Assembly: GCA_030390025.1 (NCBI GenBank)
Contig: CM059433.1
Coordinates: 6,324,001-6,388,000, forward strand
Source of the DNA: Squalus acanthias
Lineage: Eukaryota
Reading direction: 5' to 3'
DNA: 64,000 bases
Shown: piece by piece, positions 1 through 11,054 of the stretch
Layout: the number at the start of each line of letters is the position of its first letter
Position numbering within the stretch: position 1 is the first letter of the stretch
Notes under the pieces: generated by a model
What the model was told of the DNA's origin: nothing
What the model saw: only the letters and a program-made list of their open reading frames with translations
Database searches by the model: none
Translations under genes and position numbers: made by a program

Positions 1-98
1 GGAGTTGAAGCAGCAGATCGGTCATGATCTCATTGAATGGCGGAGCAGGCTCGAAGGGCCGAATGGCCTACTCCTGCTCCTGTTTCTTATGTTCTTAT
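1..98 (+). mobile_element. CR1 LINE 3' tail
   Basis: GATCTCATTGAATGGCGGAGCAGGCTCGAAGGGCCGAATGGCCTACTCCTGCTCC...CTTATGTT tail, shared with many copies in the window. Confidence 0.85.
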
Positions 99-975
99 AA
101 GGTGGTTAAGGCGGCATACGGGATACTTACCTTTATTAGCTGAGGCATAGAATATAAGAGCAGGGGGGTTATGCTTGAACTGTATAAAACACTAGTTAGG
201 CCGCAGCTAGAGTACTGCGTACAGTTCTGGTCACCACATTACAGGAAGGATGTGATTGCACTAGAGGTGGTGCAGAGGATACTTATGAGGATGTTGCCTG
301 GGCTGGGGAATTTTAGCCATGAGGAAAGATTGGATAGGCTGGGGTTGTTTTCTTTGGAACAGAGGAGGCTGAGGGGAGACCTTATTGAGGTGTATAAAAT
401 TATGAGGGGCCGAGATAGAGTGGATAGGAAGGATCTATTTCCCTTAGCAGAAGGGTCAATAACCAAGGGGCAGAGATTTAAAGTAAAATAGAAACAGAAA
501 ATGCTGGAAATACTCAGCAGGTCAGGCAGCATCTGTGGAGAGAGAAACAGAGTTATCGTTTCAGGCCGAAGACCCTTTGTCAGAACCATAGTCATCGACC
601 TGAAACGTTAACTCTGTTTCTCTCTCCACAGATGCTGCCTGACCTGCTGAGTATTTCCAGCATTTTCTGTTTTTATTTTACTTTATTTCAGATTTCCAGC
701 ATCCGCAGTATTTTGCTTTTGTAATAGAGTTAAAGTAATTGGTTGGAGGTTTAGAGGGGATTTGAGGAGAAATTTCTTCACCCAGAGGGTGGTGGGGGTC
801 TGGAACTCACTGCCTGAAAGGGTGGTAGAGGCAGAGACCCTCCCTCATCACATTTAAAAAGTACTTGGATGTGCACTTGCACTACAGGGCTACGGACCAA
901 GTGCTGGAAAGTGGGATTAGGCTGGATGGCTCTTTGTCGGCCGGCACGGACAAGATGGGCCGAATGGCTTCCTAC
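99..975 (+). mobile_element. 5'-truncated CR1 LINE, interrupted by a PLE inverted repeat at 485-725
   Basis: ORF LYKTLVRPQLEYCVQFWSPHY...RRLRGDLIEVYK is the CR1 ORF2 C-terminus. It resumes after 726 and parallels the copy at 19895-20686. Confidence 0.9.
485..725. mobile_element. Penelope-like element terminal repeats in inverted (hairpin) arrangement
   Basis: Arms 485-573 and 591-679 are reverse complements with about 4 mismatches and match the PLE ends at 2271, 18360 and 50894. Flanked by the near-duplicated host sequence AGATTTAAAGTAA / AGAGTTAAAGTAA. Confidence 0.8.
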
Positions 976-1523
976 CGTGATGATTTGCCTCCTGGCAGCA
1001 CCTACATATCTTTGGCTGCCCTCAGGCTAAATACAGGAGGTGTGGATGTTGACACCTTATTTGAATCTAAACTGAGCTTTCACCCACATACCTGATCTGT
1101 TGCCAAGGCCCCTTTCTTTCACAATACTGCATGCTCCACCCATACCTCTCTGCTCCCAAAACCCTAATCCACATCTTTATCTCCACGAGGCTCAGGTTTC
1201 TCAAAGCCTTCATCCTCCTGAAACTCCAGACTTTTCCAAATGCTACAAAAGCTCATGTCCTTCCCTCACTCCCGGCTCTACTAGATTGTTGTAGCCAATG
1301 AATTGGCTTAAAATCTTTATTTTCCACTTCCCCAGAAGGTCAGCCCAGCAGCAGCTGAAGACGGTTGTGGAGAAACAGACTGGACCATCCAATCTGTGCA
1401 TAGTTGGAATTTGGTGTGTTTAGGGAGAAGGGAGAGAGAGAGAGCGCACTTTGGTGTCGGGGAGCGCAAGAAATAAAAAGTTACTATACAAACAAATTGA
1501 TCAACGTGTACCCAATGGCATAC

Positions 1524-1901
1524 CTGCACAATCTCCAGCATTTCGCCTCGGCTAATGTACCCATTGCCATCCAGGTCATACATGCTGAACGCCCACTTCA
1601 ACTTCTGTTCCAGCTTCCCTCGGGATGTGACACTAAGTGCAATTATAAATTCTCTAAAGTCAATAGTTCCATCAGCATTTGTGTCAAAGGTACGGAATAC
1701 ATGCTCAGCAAACTTTGAAGCATCTCCATACGGAAAAAAGTTTGCATAGATTTTCTTGAACTCCTCTACAGTTAAATGGCCACTAGGGCAATCTTTAAGG
1801 AAGCCTTTGTACCACTCTTGGAGCTCATGATCTGTGAATTCTGTATTTTCTCGCAGGTCCTGAAGCACTTCTGGACGAAGTTTACTGTTCTGCTTTCCCA
1901 T
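1524..1901 (-). CDS. HPCAL1: Hippocalcin-like protein 1 (VILIP-3), first coding exon, residues 1-126
   Basis: Translation [48 protein letters not shown]...EMLEIVQ closely matches vertebrate HPCAL1 as recalled. It has the N-myristoylation motif MGxxxS, degenerate EF1 (DCPSG), EF2 [12 protein letters not shown] and EF3 [12 protein letters not shown]. Donor CAG|GTATGC after 1524 (phase 0). Acceptor TTCTTCTTTTATGTAG| before 1922 gives 21 nt of 5'UTR. Downstream exons are left of the window. Confidence 0.93.
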
Positions 1902-2144
1902 CCTCTTGGTTTTGGTTTAAACCTACATAAAAGAAGAAATGTGAATTAACATGTGTGTGAATTACTTTGACCTGCTGAACAAACTAATTATACTTGGGAC
2001 AAATGCATTTACCTCATATCCAAGACCCTATAGTTGGTGCGTTCACCCCCCAAGTGCCTCAATAGCATTAGACAGAGCGCGTTGGGCAAACAAAGAGAAA
2101 AAAGCAGATATAATTCCTGTGCTCAAAAGCTCAAGGTGACTTAC

Positions 2145-2179
2145 CTAAGTAATGGATTTAATTTGCCATCTCTATGTAT
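2145..2179 (-). other. Candidate 35-nt 5'-UTR microexon of HPCAL1
   Basis: Minus strand: ~40-nt polypyrimidine tract ending TTTCACTAG|, exon ATACATAGAGATGGCAAATTAAATCCATTACTTAG, then consensus donor |GTAAGT. It lies 222 nt upstream of the coding-exon acceptor. Confidence 0.4.
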
Positions 2180-2270
2180 CTAGTGAAAGGGAAGTGGGGT
2201 AAGAGAAGGAAAGAGGCAAGAGAAAAAGCACTAGGAAAATGGTAGCGTGCAACCAGTCCAATAATCAGAT

Positions 2271-2655
2271 AATGCTGGAAACACTCAGCAGGTCAGGCAG
2301 CATCTGTGGAGGGAGAAACAGAGTTAACGTTTCAGGTCGATGACCTTTCGTCAGAACTGGAAAAAGTTACAGATGCAAGAGGTTTTAAGCAAGTGTAGAG
2401 GAAGGGAAGAGAACAAAAGGGGAGGTCTGTGATAGGGTGGGAGGCAGGAGAGATTAAATGACAAAAATGGATGATGGTGAGAGGCAAAAGGGGGTAAAAA
2501 TGGGTAAAGTAACAAAAGATGGATCTAGAGGAACTATAAATGGCAACAGCAGAATCATTACCAGCACCTGCTGTCTGGAAAAACGGGAGCAGCGGTTAGG
2601 ATCTGAAATTGTTGAACTCGATGTTGAGTCCAGAAGGTTGTAAAGTGCCGAATCG
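2271..2655 (-). mobile_element. Penelope-like element 3' fragment
   Basis: Minus strand encodes ..FGTLQPSGLNIEFNNFRS* (PLE GIY-YIG C-terminus), followed by a pyrimidine-rich UTR, the hammerhead motif and the terminal repeat. Confidence 0.8.
2322..2358 (-). ncRNA. Minimal type-I hammerhead ribozyme motif (PLE-associated), intact core
   Basis: Minus strand reads AGUU-CUGACGA-A-AGGUC-AUC-GACCU-GAAA-CGU-U-AACU: stem I AGUU/AACU, core CUGAnGA and GAAA, 5-bp stem II, palindromic ACGU stem III. Confidence 0.75.
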
Positions 2656-2761
2656 AGGGGCTGTTCATTGAGCCAGTGTAGGCAGCCTAATAATCCTACA
2701 TCTCAAGTGGACAACCAGAGCAGCAGGTTCCAGACTAACCCGATCAGCCACCTGGTATGTG

Positions 2762-3174
2762 AAACATAGAAACATAGAATCTGGGAGCAGGAGTAGGCCA
2801 TTCGGCCCGTCGAGCCTGCTCCGCCATTCAATACGATCATGGCTGATCATCCAAATCCAGTACCCTGTCCCTGCTTTAATCCCCACAGTACACATATCCC
2901 ACCCTACCCCCGTAACCCCACGTATTTAATTCCACCTAACATATCCCAATAACCCCACATATTTAATCCCCCCTAACACTAAGGGTCAATTTATCATAGC
3001 CAAATCAACCTAACCCACACATTTTTGGACTGTGGGAGGAAACCGGAGCACCCGGAGGAAACCCACGCAGACACGGGGAGAATGTGCAAACTCCACACAG
3101 ACAGTCACCCGAGGTCAGATTCGAACCCGGGTCTCTGGCGCTGTGAGGCACCAGTGCTAACCACTATGCCACCG
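2762..3174 (-). mobile_element. tRNA-derived V-SINE (HE1-like), long-tail variant
   Basis: tRNA head with A box (TGGCATAGTGG) and B box (GGTTCGAATC), V-domain GTGTGGAGTTTGCACATTCTCCCCGTG...CCTCCCACAGTCCAAA, CR1-derived tail. Near-identical to 13654-14076. Confidence 0.88.
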
Positions 3175-3581
3175 GGTCCCAGTTGACTGGCCGTTTACAA
3201 GGTTCCAAGCTCTTAAAGAATAAAGATGTATTCTTTCCTGAATCATCCAGTACAAGATACATGCTTAAGAGTTCTACTTGATAGGATTCAAGAGCGATTT
3301 TTCCTCCACAGTTACCGATGGCAAATTGGGAAAGTTAGGATACAATTTACTTTAAAATGGAAATTCAAGATGGATAGGATAGTCTCTCCCAACTGTAGAA
3401 ATGACAAAAATAGACTAGTATCCTCTGTCAATGGCAATTATACAATACTTACATGGTCTATGATGCTGTTTCATAGCATTGATATATAGATGGACAATAA
3501 TACAATTTCATCCTCCACTACCACGTAACAAGAGTTAAAACCACAATTAAAAGCAGGAAAGTTAATACAAGAGTATATAAT

Positions 3582-4322
3582 GGGCCAAAAATTGATCCCG
3601 CTGCGCGAGAGTACGCACTGTGTACTCTCGCGTATTCTCTCTCCAATTGCTGGTTTTCTGCATGCCCTGCGCATGCGCTGAAAACCGACACTTGGTCTTT
3701 GGAAAAGGGGGCGGTTCCTCGGTGCACCGCGTGCGCGCTACAGGCTGCGCGCACGCTGTGCACTTCATGCTTTGGACGCGCAGGTAAGGACGGAAGATTT
3801 TAGAAATGTAAAAAGGAGGAGTAAGACCCACTTTTAACAAGGTAAGTAGTGAATTAAGTATTATTTTGAATTTTTTTTAACAGGTATATCTTTTTTTAGA
3901 GACTTTAAAGACAGGTAAGTTTATTTTTATAACTTTTTAAAAGATTTTAAATTTTTTCAAAAATTTAATTTTTTATTTAAAATGGTTAATTTATTTAACT
4001 ATACTTATTTTATTAATGTGATGGTTTTTAAAAAAAATTTAATTGAGGTTTAGCTGTTATTTTGGGGGTGTGTAAGATTCATAGCTTTCACAGCACGTAT
4101 GTGAAACTTATGAATGGAAGATGGTGTGCTGCCATTGGCTCTAACTGAGTCACGTGATCCCACAGCTCGCACGAATTCACTACGCCGGTGGGATACGCAA
4201 GCACTGCCCAGCTGATGTCTAGAACATCAAGTTCGTGCGAGCTGGATCTGAAAAAGCCAACGCGGAGTGAGAGATCGCGCCTGCTCCTTACCCCCGCGGG
4301 AACAGAGATCAATTTCTGGGCC
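3582..4322. mobile_element. Non-autonomous DNA transposon (MITE, Harbinger-like)
   Basis: Imperfect TIRs GGGCCAAAATTGATC and GATCAATTTCTGGGCC, 3-bp AAT on both flanks, CpG-rich ends with an AT-rich core. Confidence 0.65.
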
Positions 4323-4509
4323 AATGGCTCTTGAGTTTCTGTGCTTACTCATAAGTATTGTGGTTACTACTCCCACGCTTTCATAGATTAAGTAGTTTCT
4401 TCACTCAATTATCATGAAGGGTGGAGGGTGGCAGCACTAACCATCTCCCAAAGGAAAATTGTAAATGCTGAAAATTGGCAAGACAGGTTCGTAAAGCTGT
4501 ATATATTTA

Positions 4510-5087
4510 AACAGCACTACGTATTTAAGCCCTGGCTAGACCACATTTGGAGAACTGTGTACGGTTCTGGGCACAGCATCTTAGAAAGTATGTATTGGCC
4601 TTGGAAGGAGTGCAGTGCAGATTCACCAGAATATTACCAGGACTCTAAAGGTTAGATTATGAGGATTACATAAACTAGGCCTGTATTCCCTGGAATATAG
4701 AAGGTCAAAGGGTGATTTGACTGAGGTTTTTAGGATTTTGGAAGGAATTGATAGGGTAGGGAGGGAGGAACTTTTTCCACTGGTTGGAGTGTCTAGGACA
4801 AGGGGACATAACCATCAAATCAGAGCCAGGCCATTCCATTCAGAAGAGAAGTTAGGAAACACTTCTTCACACAAAGGGTGGTAGGAGTGTGGAACACTCT
4901 CCCCACAAAAAGCAGTAGATGCTGGGGCTCAATTAATATTAAATCAGAGATCGACAGGTTTTTGCTAGCCAAGGGTATTAAGGGATATGGAGCGAAGGCG
5001 AGTGGATGGAGTTAGGATACAGATCAGCCATGATCTCACTGAATGGCGGAACAGGCTCGAGGAACTGAATGGCCTACTACTCCTGCT
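4510..5087 (+). mobile_element. Degenerate CR1 3' fragment
   Basis: Decayed RPHLEYCVQFW region and canonical CR1 tail. Confidence 0.8.
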
Positions 5088-5584
5088 CGGAGAGATTTGG
5101 GTAGGAGCCATTATTGGTCTCGGGCCCCTCGATTACTAATGTGGAGTGCCTTTTTGGGTGGACAGAGGGCAAAAGGAAAGGTTGGGTGGAATGATAGCTC
5201 ATACTGCTTTGTTCATCTGCATGTGGAGCACATGGAAAGCTCAGACAGCTATACGCCCCACAGGTGCTTTGACTGCACTTCTTGTGGAAGTGAGAAGCTT
5301 TCAGATGAGCAGCAAAGTCAGACAATACCAGATCTAAGCATTACTTACAGCCCGAGAATGAAAAAGCTAGGTGAATCTATTAATAAATTAGTAGAGAACA
5401 TTGGTTAGGCCACAGTTAAGAGTACTGTGTGCAGTTTTGGGTAACCCATTATAGAAAAGGTCTTTAAAGCCATAGAGTGCATTCAGCATAGACTCATTAT
5501 TAATGTGTTATGAACCCAAACTCTAGTTAGTAGCTTTATACTGTGCTAGTTTGCATTAAAATAACAATATTCACAATTTTCAGT

Positions 5585-5840
5585 TTGGCGGCCGTGCCTT
5601 CTGTTGCCTGGGCCTTAAGCTCTGGAATTCCCTCCCTAAACCTCTCCGCCTCGCTACCTCTCTTTCCTCCTTTAAGACGCTCCTTAAAACCTGCCTCTTT
5701 GACCAAGCTTTTGGTCACCTGCCCTAATTTCTCCTTATGTGGATCGGTGTCAAATTTTTTGTCTTAAAATACTCCTGTGCAGCGCCTTGGGACGTTTTAC
5801 TACGTTAAAGGCACTATATAAATACAAGTAGTTGTTGTTA
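5585..5840 (+). mobile_element. L2-type LINE 3' end
   Basis: LWNSLP-coding segment, then tail AGCGCCTTGGGACGTTTTACTACGTTAAAGGCACTATATAAATACAAG(TTG)n. Repeated at 58765, 30705, 10215 and 10757. Confidence 0.75.
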
Positions 5841-5994
5841 TAAAACACAGTAACAGTGGTATCAGGTGGGTTGCTAACACTGCGGCAGGCTATTTGCAGT
5901 CACTTCATGCACAAGTTCGCCCATGGAAGCCTCATCGGCAGGCAATAAAAGGATTTTGGGAGCGCCTGAAAAACTCTGTGCCCTATGTTAGTGT

Positions 5995-7396
5995 GGAACA
6001 GAGTGCACTCTGGGTAGGGGACTTCAATGGCCATCACCAAGAGTGGCTCGGTAGCACTACTACTGACCGAGCTGGCCGAGTCCTGAAGGACATAGCTGCC
6101 AGACTAGGCCTGTGGTCAGAGAACCAACACGAGGGGAAAAACCTACTTGACCACCTCCTCACCAATCTACCCGTCGCAGATGCATCTGTCCACGATGGCA
6201 TCGGTAGGAGTGACCACCGCACAGTCCTTGTGGAGACGAAGTCCCGTCTTCACACGGAGGACACCCTCCATCGTGTTGTGTGGCACTACCACCATGCTAA
6301 ATGAGATAGATTCAGAACAGATCTAGCAGCTCAACACTGGGTATACCTAGCACAAAGGAAGATGGTTGTGGTGGTTGGAGACCAATCATCTCAGCCCCAG
6401 GACATCGCTGCAGGAGTTCCTCAGGGCAGTGTCCGAGGCCCAACCATCTTCAGCTGCTTCATCAATGACCTTCCCACCAGGTGGTCAGAAATAGGGACGT
6501 TCGCTGATGATTGCAGAGTGTTCAGTTCCATTTGCAACAACTCAGATAATGAATTAGTCCGTGCCTACATGCAGCATGACCTGTACAACATCCAGGCTTT
6601 GGCTGATAAGCGGCAAGTAACATTCCACCACACCAGTGTTAGGCAATGACGATCTCCAACAAGTGAGTCTAACCACCTCTCCTTGGCATACACTGGCAGT
6701 ACCATAGTCGAATCCCCCACCATCAATATCCTGGGGGTCACCATTGACCAGAAACTTAACTGGACCAGCCATATAAATACTGTGGCTATAAGAGCAGGTC
6801 AGAGGCTGGGTATTCTGCGGCGAGTGTCTCACCTCCTGGCTCCCCAAAGCCTTTCCACCATCTACAAGGCACAAATCAGGTGTGTGATGGTACACTCTCC
6901 ACTTGCCTGGATGAGTGCAGCTCCAACAACACTCAAGAAGCTTGACACCATCTCGGACAAAGCAGACTGCTTGATCGGCACCCCACCCACCACTATAAAC
7001 ATTCACTCCCTCCACCACCGGCGTACCATGGCTGCAGTGTGTGCCATCTACAAGATGCACTGCAGCAACTCGCCAAGGCTTCTTCGGCAGCACCTCCCAA
7101 ACCCGTGACCTCTTCCACCTAGAAGGACAAGGGCAGCAGGCGCATGGGAACACCACCACCTTCAAGTTCCCCTCCACGCCACACACCATCCTGACTTGGA
7201 AAGATATCGGCCGTTCCTTCATCGTCGCTGGGTCAAAATCCTGGAACTCCCTCCCTAACAGCACTGTGGGAGCACCTTCACCACACGGACTGCAGCGGTT
7301 CAAGAAGGCGGCTCACCACCACCTTCTCCAGGGGAAATTAGAGATGGGCACTAGCTGGCCTTGCCAGCGATGCCCAGATCCCATGAATGAATTAAA
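5995..7396 (+). mobile_element. Non-LTR retrotransposon (second CR1/L2-group family), internally deleted
   Basis: APE motifs (VGDFN, LDxxLTN, SDH) joined at about 6340 to RT (GVPQGSV, FADD) and the C-terminal WMSAAPTTLKKLD region, ending in an ATGAATGAA tail. Confidence 0.85.
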
Positions 7397-8332
7397 AGGG
7401 TATTTACTAGCTAACCTTTTAACTGAATACCAGAAGGTCCCTTCCTCCCTTCTCTTCAGCTGTATGCTGAATTTAGAAAATGGGCAGGTTACATAATTAT
7501 TACACAGTTCTACTGGCAAAAGTATTCTTAGTGTTGTTGCATAACTGTAAACTGTAACATTTTTACATCAGTTAATCATTTCTGTCCTTAAGAGGTGGTT
7601 ACGACACCATAACGACTCAACTGTAAAACTAACCACAACCTGCTACATAAACCACAACACTCTATCTTTATACTGGATGACCAATGACTGGCCTGAAATC
7701 TCTGGTTTGAAAAGCTCTGGCGATACCCTCCCACAGCCCACTGTCCCCTCAGTTTCTACTTCCAGCTTGCGGAGGTATTCCTGCATTCGGTGAAGAAATT
7801 GTAGGCACTTGCAGCAGATACCAAAAGTCAACATTTCCCCAGGTTACATCCAGTTGTCAACATCTGCGAACAAATCCGTGCTGGATTTAAGTTTACTCCA
7901 CGGCCCAAGTTTGCCCAGGATGCTTTTGGACAAAGCTTTCGTTCTTCCGCAGACACACGATCAGGTGAGTCCTGAACTCGCGAGCAGATGGGAGGTACAG
8001 TGACACGCAAGTGCAAAATGCATTGTTGATCGCAGGTGTTTGATGAATTATATAAAGTAGGGAGACTAGAGTAGTAAACAGCAATAATCCCAGTGGTTTT
8101 ACAACCAAAGCTGCTCCCACAACAGAGTACGGATCCAAAAGTTATTTCTTTCCACTCCTCTCCCCAAACAAGACAAAGCTTATTTTGTTTTAAGTCACAT
8201 CATATTTTCCTCAAGTATATATTTTTTTAAAATCAGTAAATGAAAGATGAAGCAAATATCCAGGATTTTTCAAACAAGGGAAAAATATTTTTCAAAATGA
8301 AACCCGATTTCAGCGAAACCTTGGCTGTGATT

Positions 8333-9998
8333 TTCCCGACCTCGGCAGGTCCGAGGGCGGGACCCCACCCTGCTGTGTGGAATGATTTTATGTTGATTGG
8401 GCTTCTTAAGCCCACCCAATGCGTTTGAAGGAAGTGGATCTGATGACGTCATTTGATGATGTGTCATCAGCCAGTTTCCTTAAAGGGACCATGCGCAAAT
8501 TTATTTTTGACATTTGTGCCGTCCGTGTTCTACAGCATTGAGGTGCTGCAAACATTGCACAGAGGTGCAGGGCTGCACCCAGGCTCTCCCATGACTCCCT
8601 CCATATGCTTATGGAGGGAGTCACAGCACGCAGGGAGGTTCTCTTCCCTTCCCATGGGCGGAAGAGACCGCCCCAGGAGATCAACACAGCCTGGTTGCAC
8701 ATTCCACAGGAGGGCACAAGCAGGGATGTGGTCAGGAGGACCAGGCTGCAGTGGCGCAAACCTTTCAATTATCTCAGTAGATCACGAAACATTAGTACAA
8801 AGCCACACTCAACCTCATCCTGCTGTGCCACTCATCACATCCCCATCACTCTGCCTTCCCTACCCTACTCCTGCACATCCTTACTCACACCAACTTACCT
8901 TGGACCTCCACCCATCCCTCTCTATCTACATTATCACTTCCCCATCTCACTAGCCACCCCTCACACTCACCCTCATCCTAGTGCAATCATACCAACTAAC
9001 AACACACAAGGGCAGGCACTTGGGTGTTTTAGCCAATGTTCATGTAAAGTTTCTGGTAATGTGGTGTCAAACATTGAATCCTTTATTTTCATCACTTTGC
9101 ATTCTTGGACAGATCTGTGTGCACCTTGTGAAGTGGCTTAGTGAGTTGCAGTGAATGGTGAGACATAACAGTACCCCCCGCAATGGTGATGAGTGTGAAA
9201 GGAATGGCTTAGGCATTGTAGGGATGCTTTATGGTATTGGTGTGGGGTGGTGCCAACCTGGCGCATCATGTGGCAGCCAGGGTATACAGCGTCAAGTGAG
9301 GCAAATCTGGCCATGGTGAGGCCATCCCTGGTGTCCTGGGCAGCAATGTGGTCGGGTGCTGATGCCGTGTCCTGTGCAGCATCAGCTGATTGCGGAGAAG
9401 GTTGGTGCGCCTGGTGAGGGGATTCTGAGGACCAAGGTGAAATAGTTTCAAGGGCACTGATGCTGATGTAATAGATGGCAGGTGAACTTGAGATGACAGA
9501 AGCGATGTCAATGGTGAGAGAGGTTGTTCCAATGAGGTGACCCTGGAGAGAGCGTTTGCTCCAAACACTTGCAACCTGCATAAAGCTCAATCTGTCTTAC
9601 AAATGCAGTAAGCAACAGCTTCTGAGCTTGGAAAGTGAACAGCTGAGAGATGGGAGCTTTTATAGCATATTTCAGCTGTCAAGTAAAAGAGATAGTCATG
9701 TCAGGGCCATACAACTCCCGACCTCCTTACCTGACGTGATCCTCGAGCAGTGTGGACCCCGTAGGCGACCTTGTAAAATGGTACAGTGAGCTCAAAATAC
9801 TTCTTAATGGGCTGTTAACAAGGTCATAATGGCCTGAATTGGCTCCTCTCTACCGCTGCACATCGGGTCTGCTCAGCCCCGACATCTGGGAAAGTTGCAT
9901 GGCAGCGGGGTCCCGACCCGGTCAAAAACATTTTTCCCATCCGACCCACCACCGAACACACCTGCTGCCACCCCCCCCCCCCAGAAAATTCCCCCCCC
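8333..9998. mobile_element. Degenerate PIF/Harbinger-type DNA transposon with Myb/SANT-like ORF remnant
   Basis: Plus strand 8570-8785 encodes APRLSHDSLHMLMEGVTARREVLFP..AWLHI..RTRLQWRKPFNYL, a Myb/SANT pattern. A possible transposase C-terminus (RDGLTMARF) lies on the minus strand near 9300-9400. Degenerate ends GGCTGTGATTTTCC and AGAAAATTCCCCC. Confidence 0.6.
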
Positions 9999-10214
9999 TT
10001 GTGCGTGTGACTATTAAGGCATTTAATCAAGACAGATAAGCCAGGAGCAGCAAATGGTGGAAATTGAACAGAAATGGTTGACTAGTCATTTCTGTAATAA
10101 CTCTGCCTGATACATTTTCAAAACAAGTGAAATGACAACAAAAAATGTCCGTACTGGCTGCAACAGTAACAGAAAATTTCTGAACTCATCCTTTTTATAT
10201 GACTTTAGATGTAA

Positions 10215-11025
10215 CATCTTGTATTTATAACAAGCCTTTAATGTCAGAAAATGTCTGAAGATGCTTCAGAGTGTAATCAAGCCAAAAACTGACAAGAGCC
10301 AAAGAAGGAGATTAGGACTGGTGACCAAATGAGAGGTTCAAAAGGTAGGTTTTAGGGAGGGTCTTAAAAGGAGAGAGAGGTGGAGAGGTTTGGGGGAGGG
10401 GGGGGAATTCCAGAGCTTAGAGTAAAATGAATTAAAAGCTGGCTTTGCTGAGTTGTATCTTTGAGAGTTCTTTGTGACTGGGAGTAGCCAGTACACAAAA
10501 CTGCCCAGAGAATATGCATTGTTTGAGACCAGCTGCCTATGCAATAGCAAGCATGTTGTTCGATATGCAGGTCAGCCAGAACACCGTAGTTAAGGGATAA
10601 TTGAAATTAGTCATACACAATGGACTCTAATCAGAAATTAATAGTTTCTGTTGCGGTCAAGTGGCAAAAGCAAATGAGCCACTATTGTTGGCTAGAAAAC
10701 TGCTGTTCACACTTTATCTAGCCAAGTGCAGTAACTGGTAAATATCAATTGCCTGACGACAACCACAACAACTTGCATTTATATAGTGCCTTTAACATAG
10801 AAAAGTATTCCTGGTTGGTTCACAGTGGAGAATTCAGACAAAAAGACAAAGGGAAGGAATGACCAAAAGCTTGGTCAAAGAGCTGGGTCTTAAGGAGGGC
10901 CCTAAAAAGGAGATGGAGGTACAGAGGCAAAAGCATTTGAGGAGGGAATCCAGACAGCTGAAGGCACCGCTGCTAATGGTGGGGCACAGCTGGAGGAGGT
11001 TACAGAGATAGATAGGGATGAGGTC
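10215..11025 (-). mobile_element. Two degenerate L2-type 3' ends (about 10215-10420 and 10757-11025)
   Basis: Reverse complement of the L2 tail (CAACAACTTGCATTTATATAG...TTGGTCAAAGAG). Confidence 0.65.
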
Positions 11026-11054
11026 CCAAGACAGAAAGAACATAAGAACATAAA

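Noticed and set aside
1317..1523. Read-through C-terminus of the 194-aa ORF ([10 protein letters not shown]...)
   Set aside because: Similarity to HPCAL1 stops exactly at a GT donor after IVQ, so this is intron sequence.
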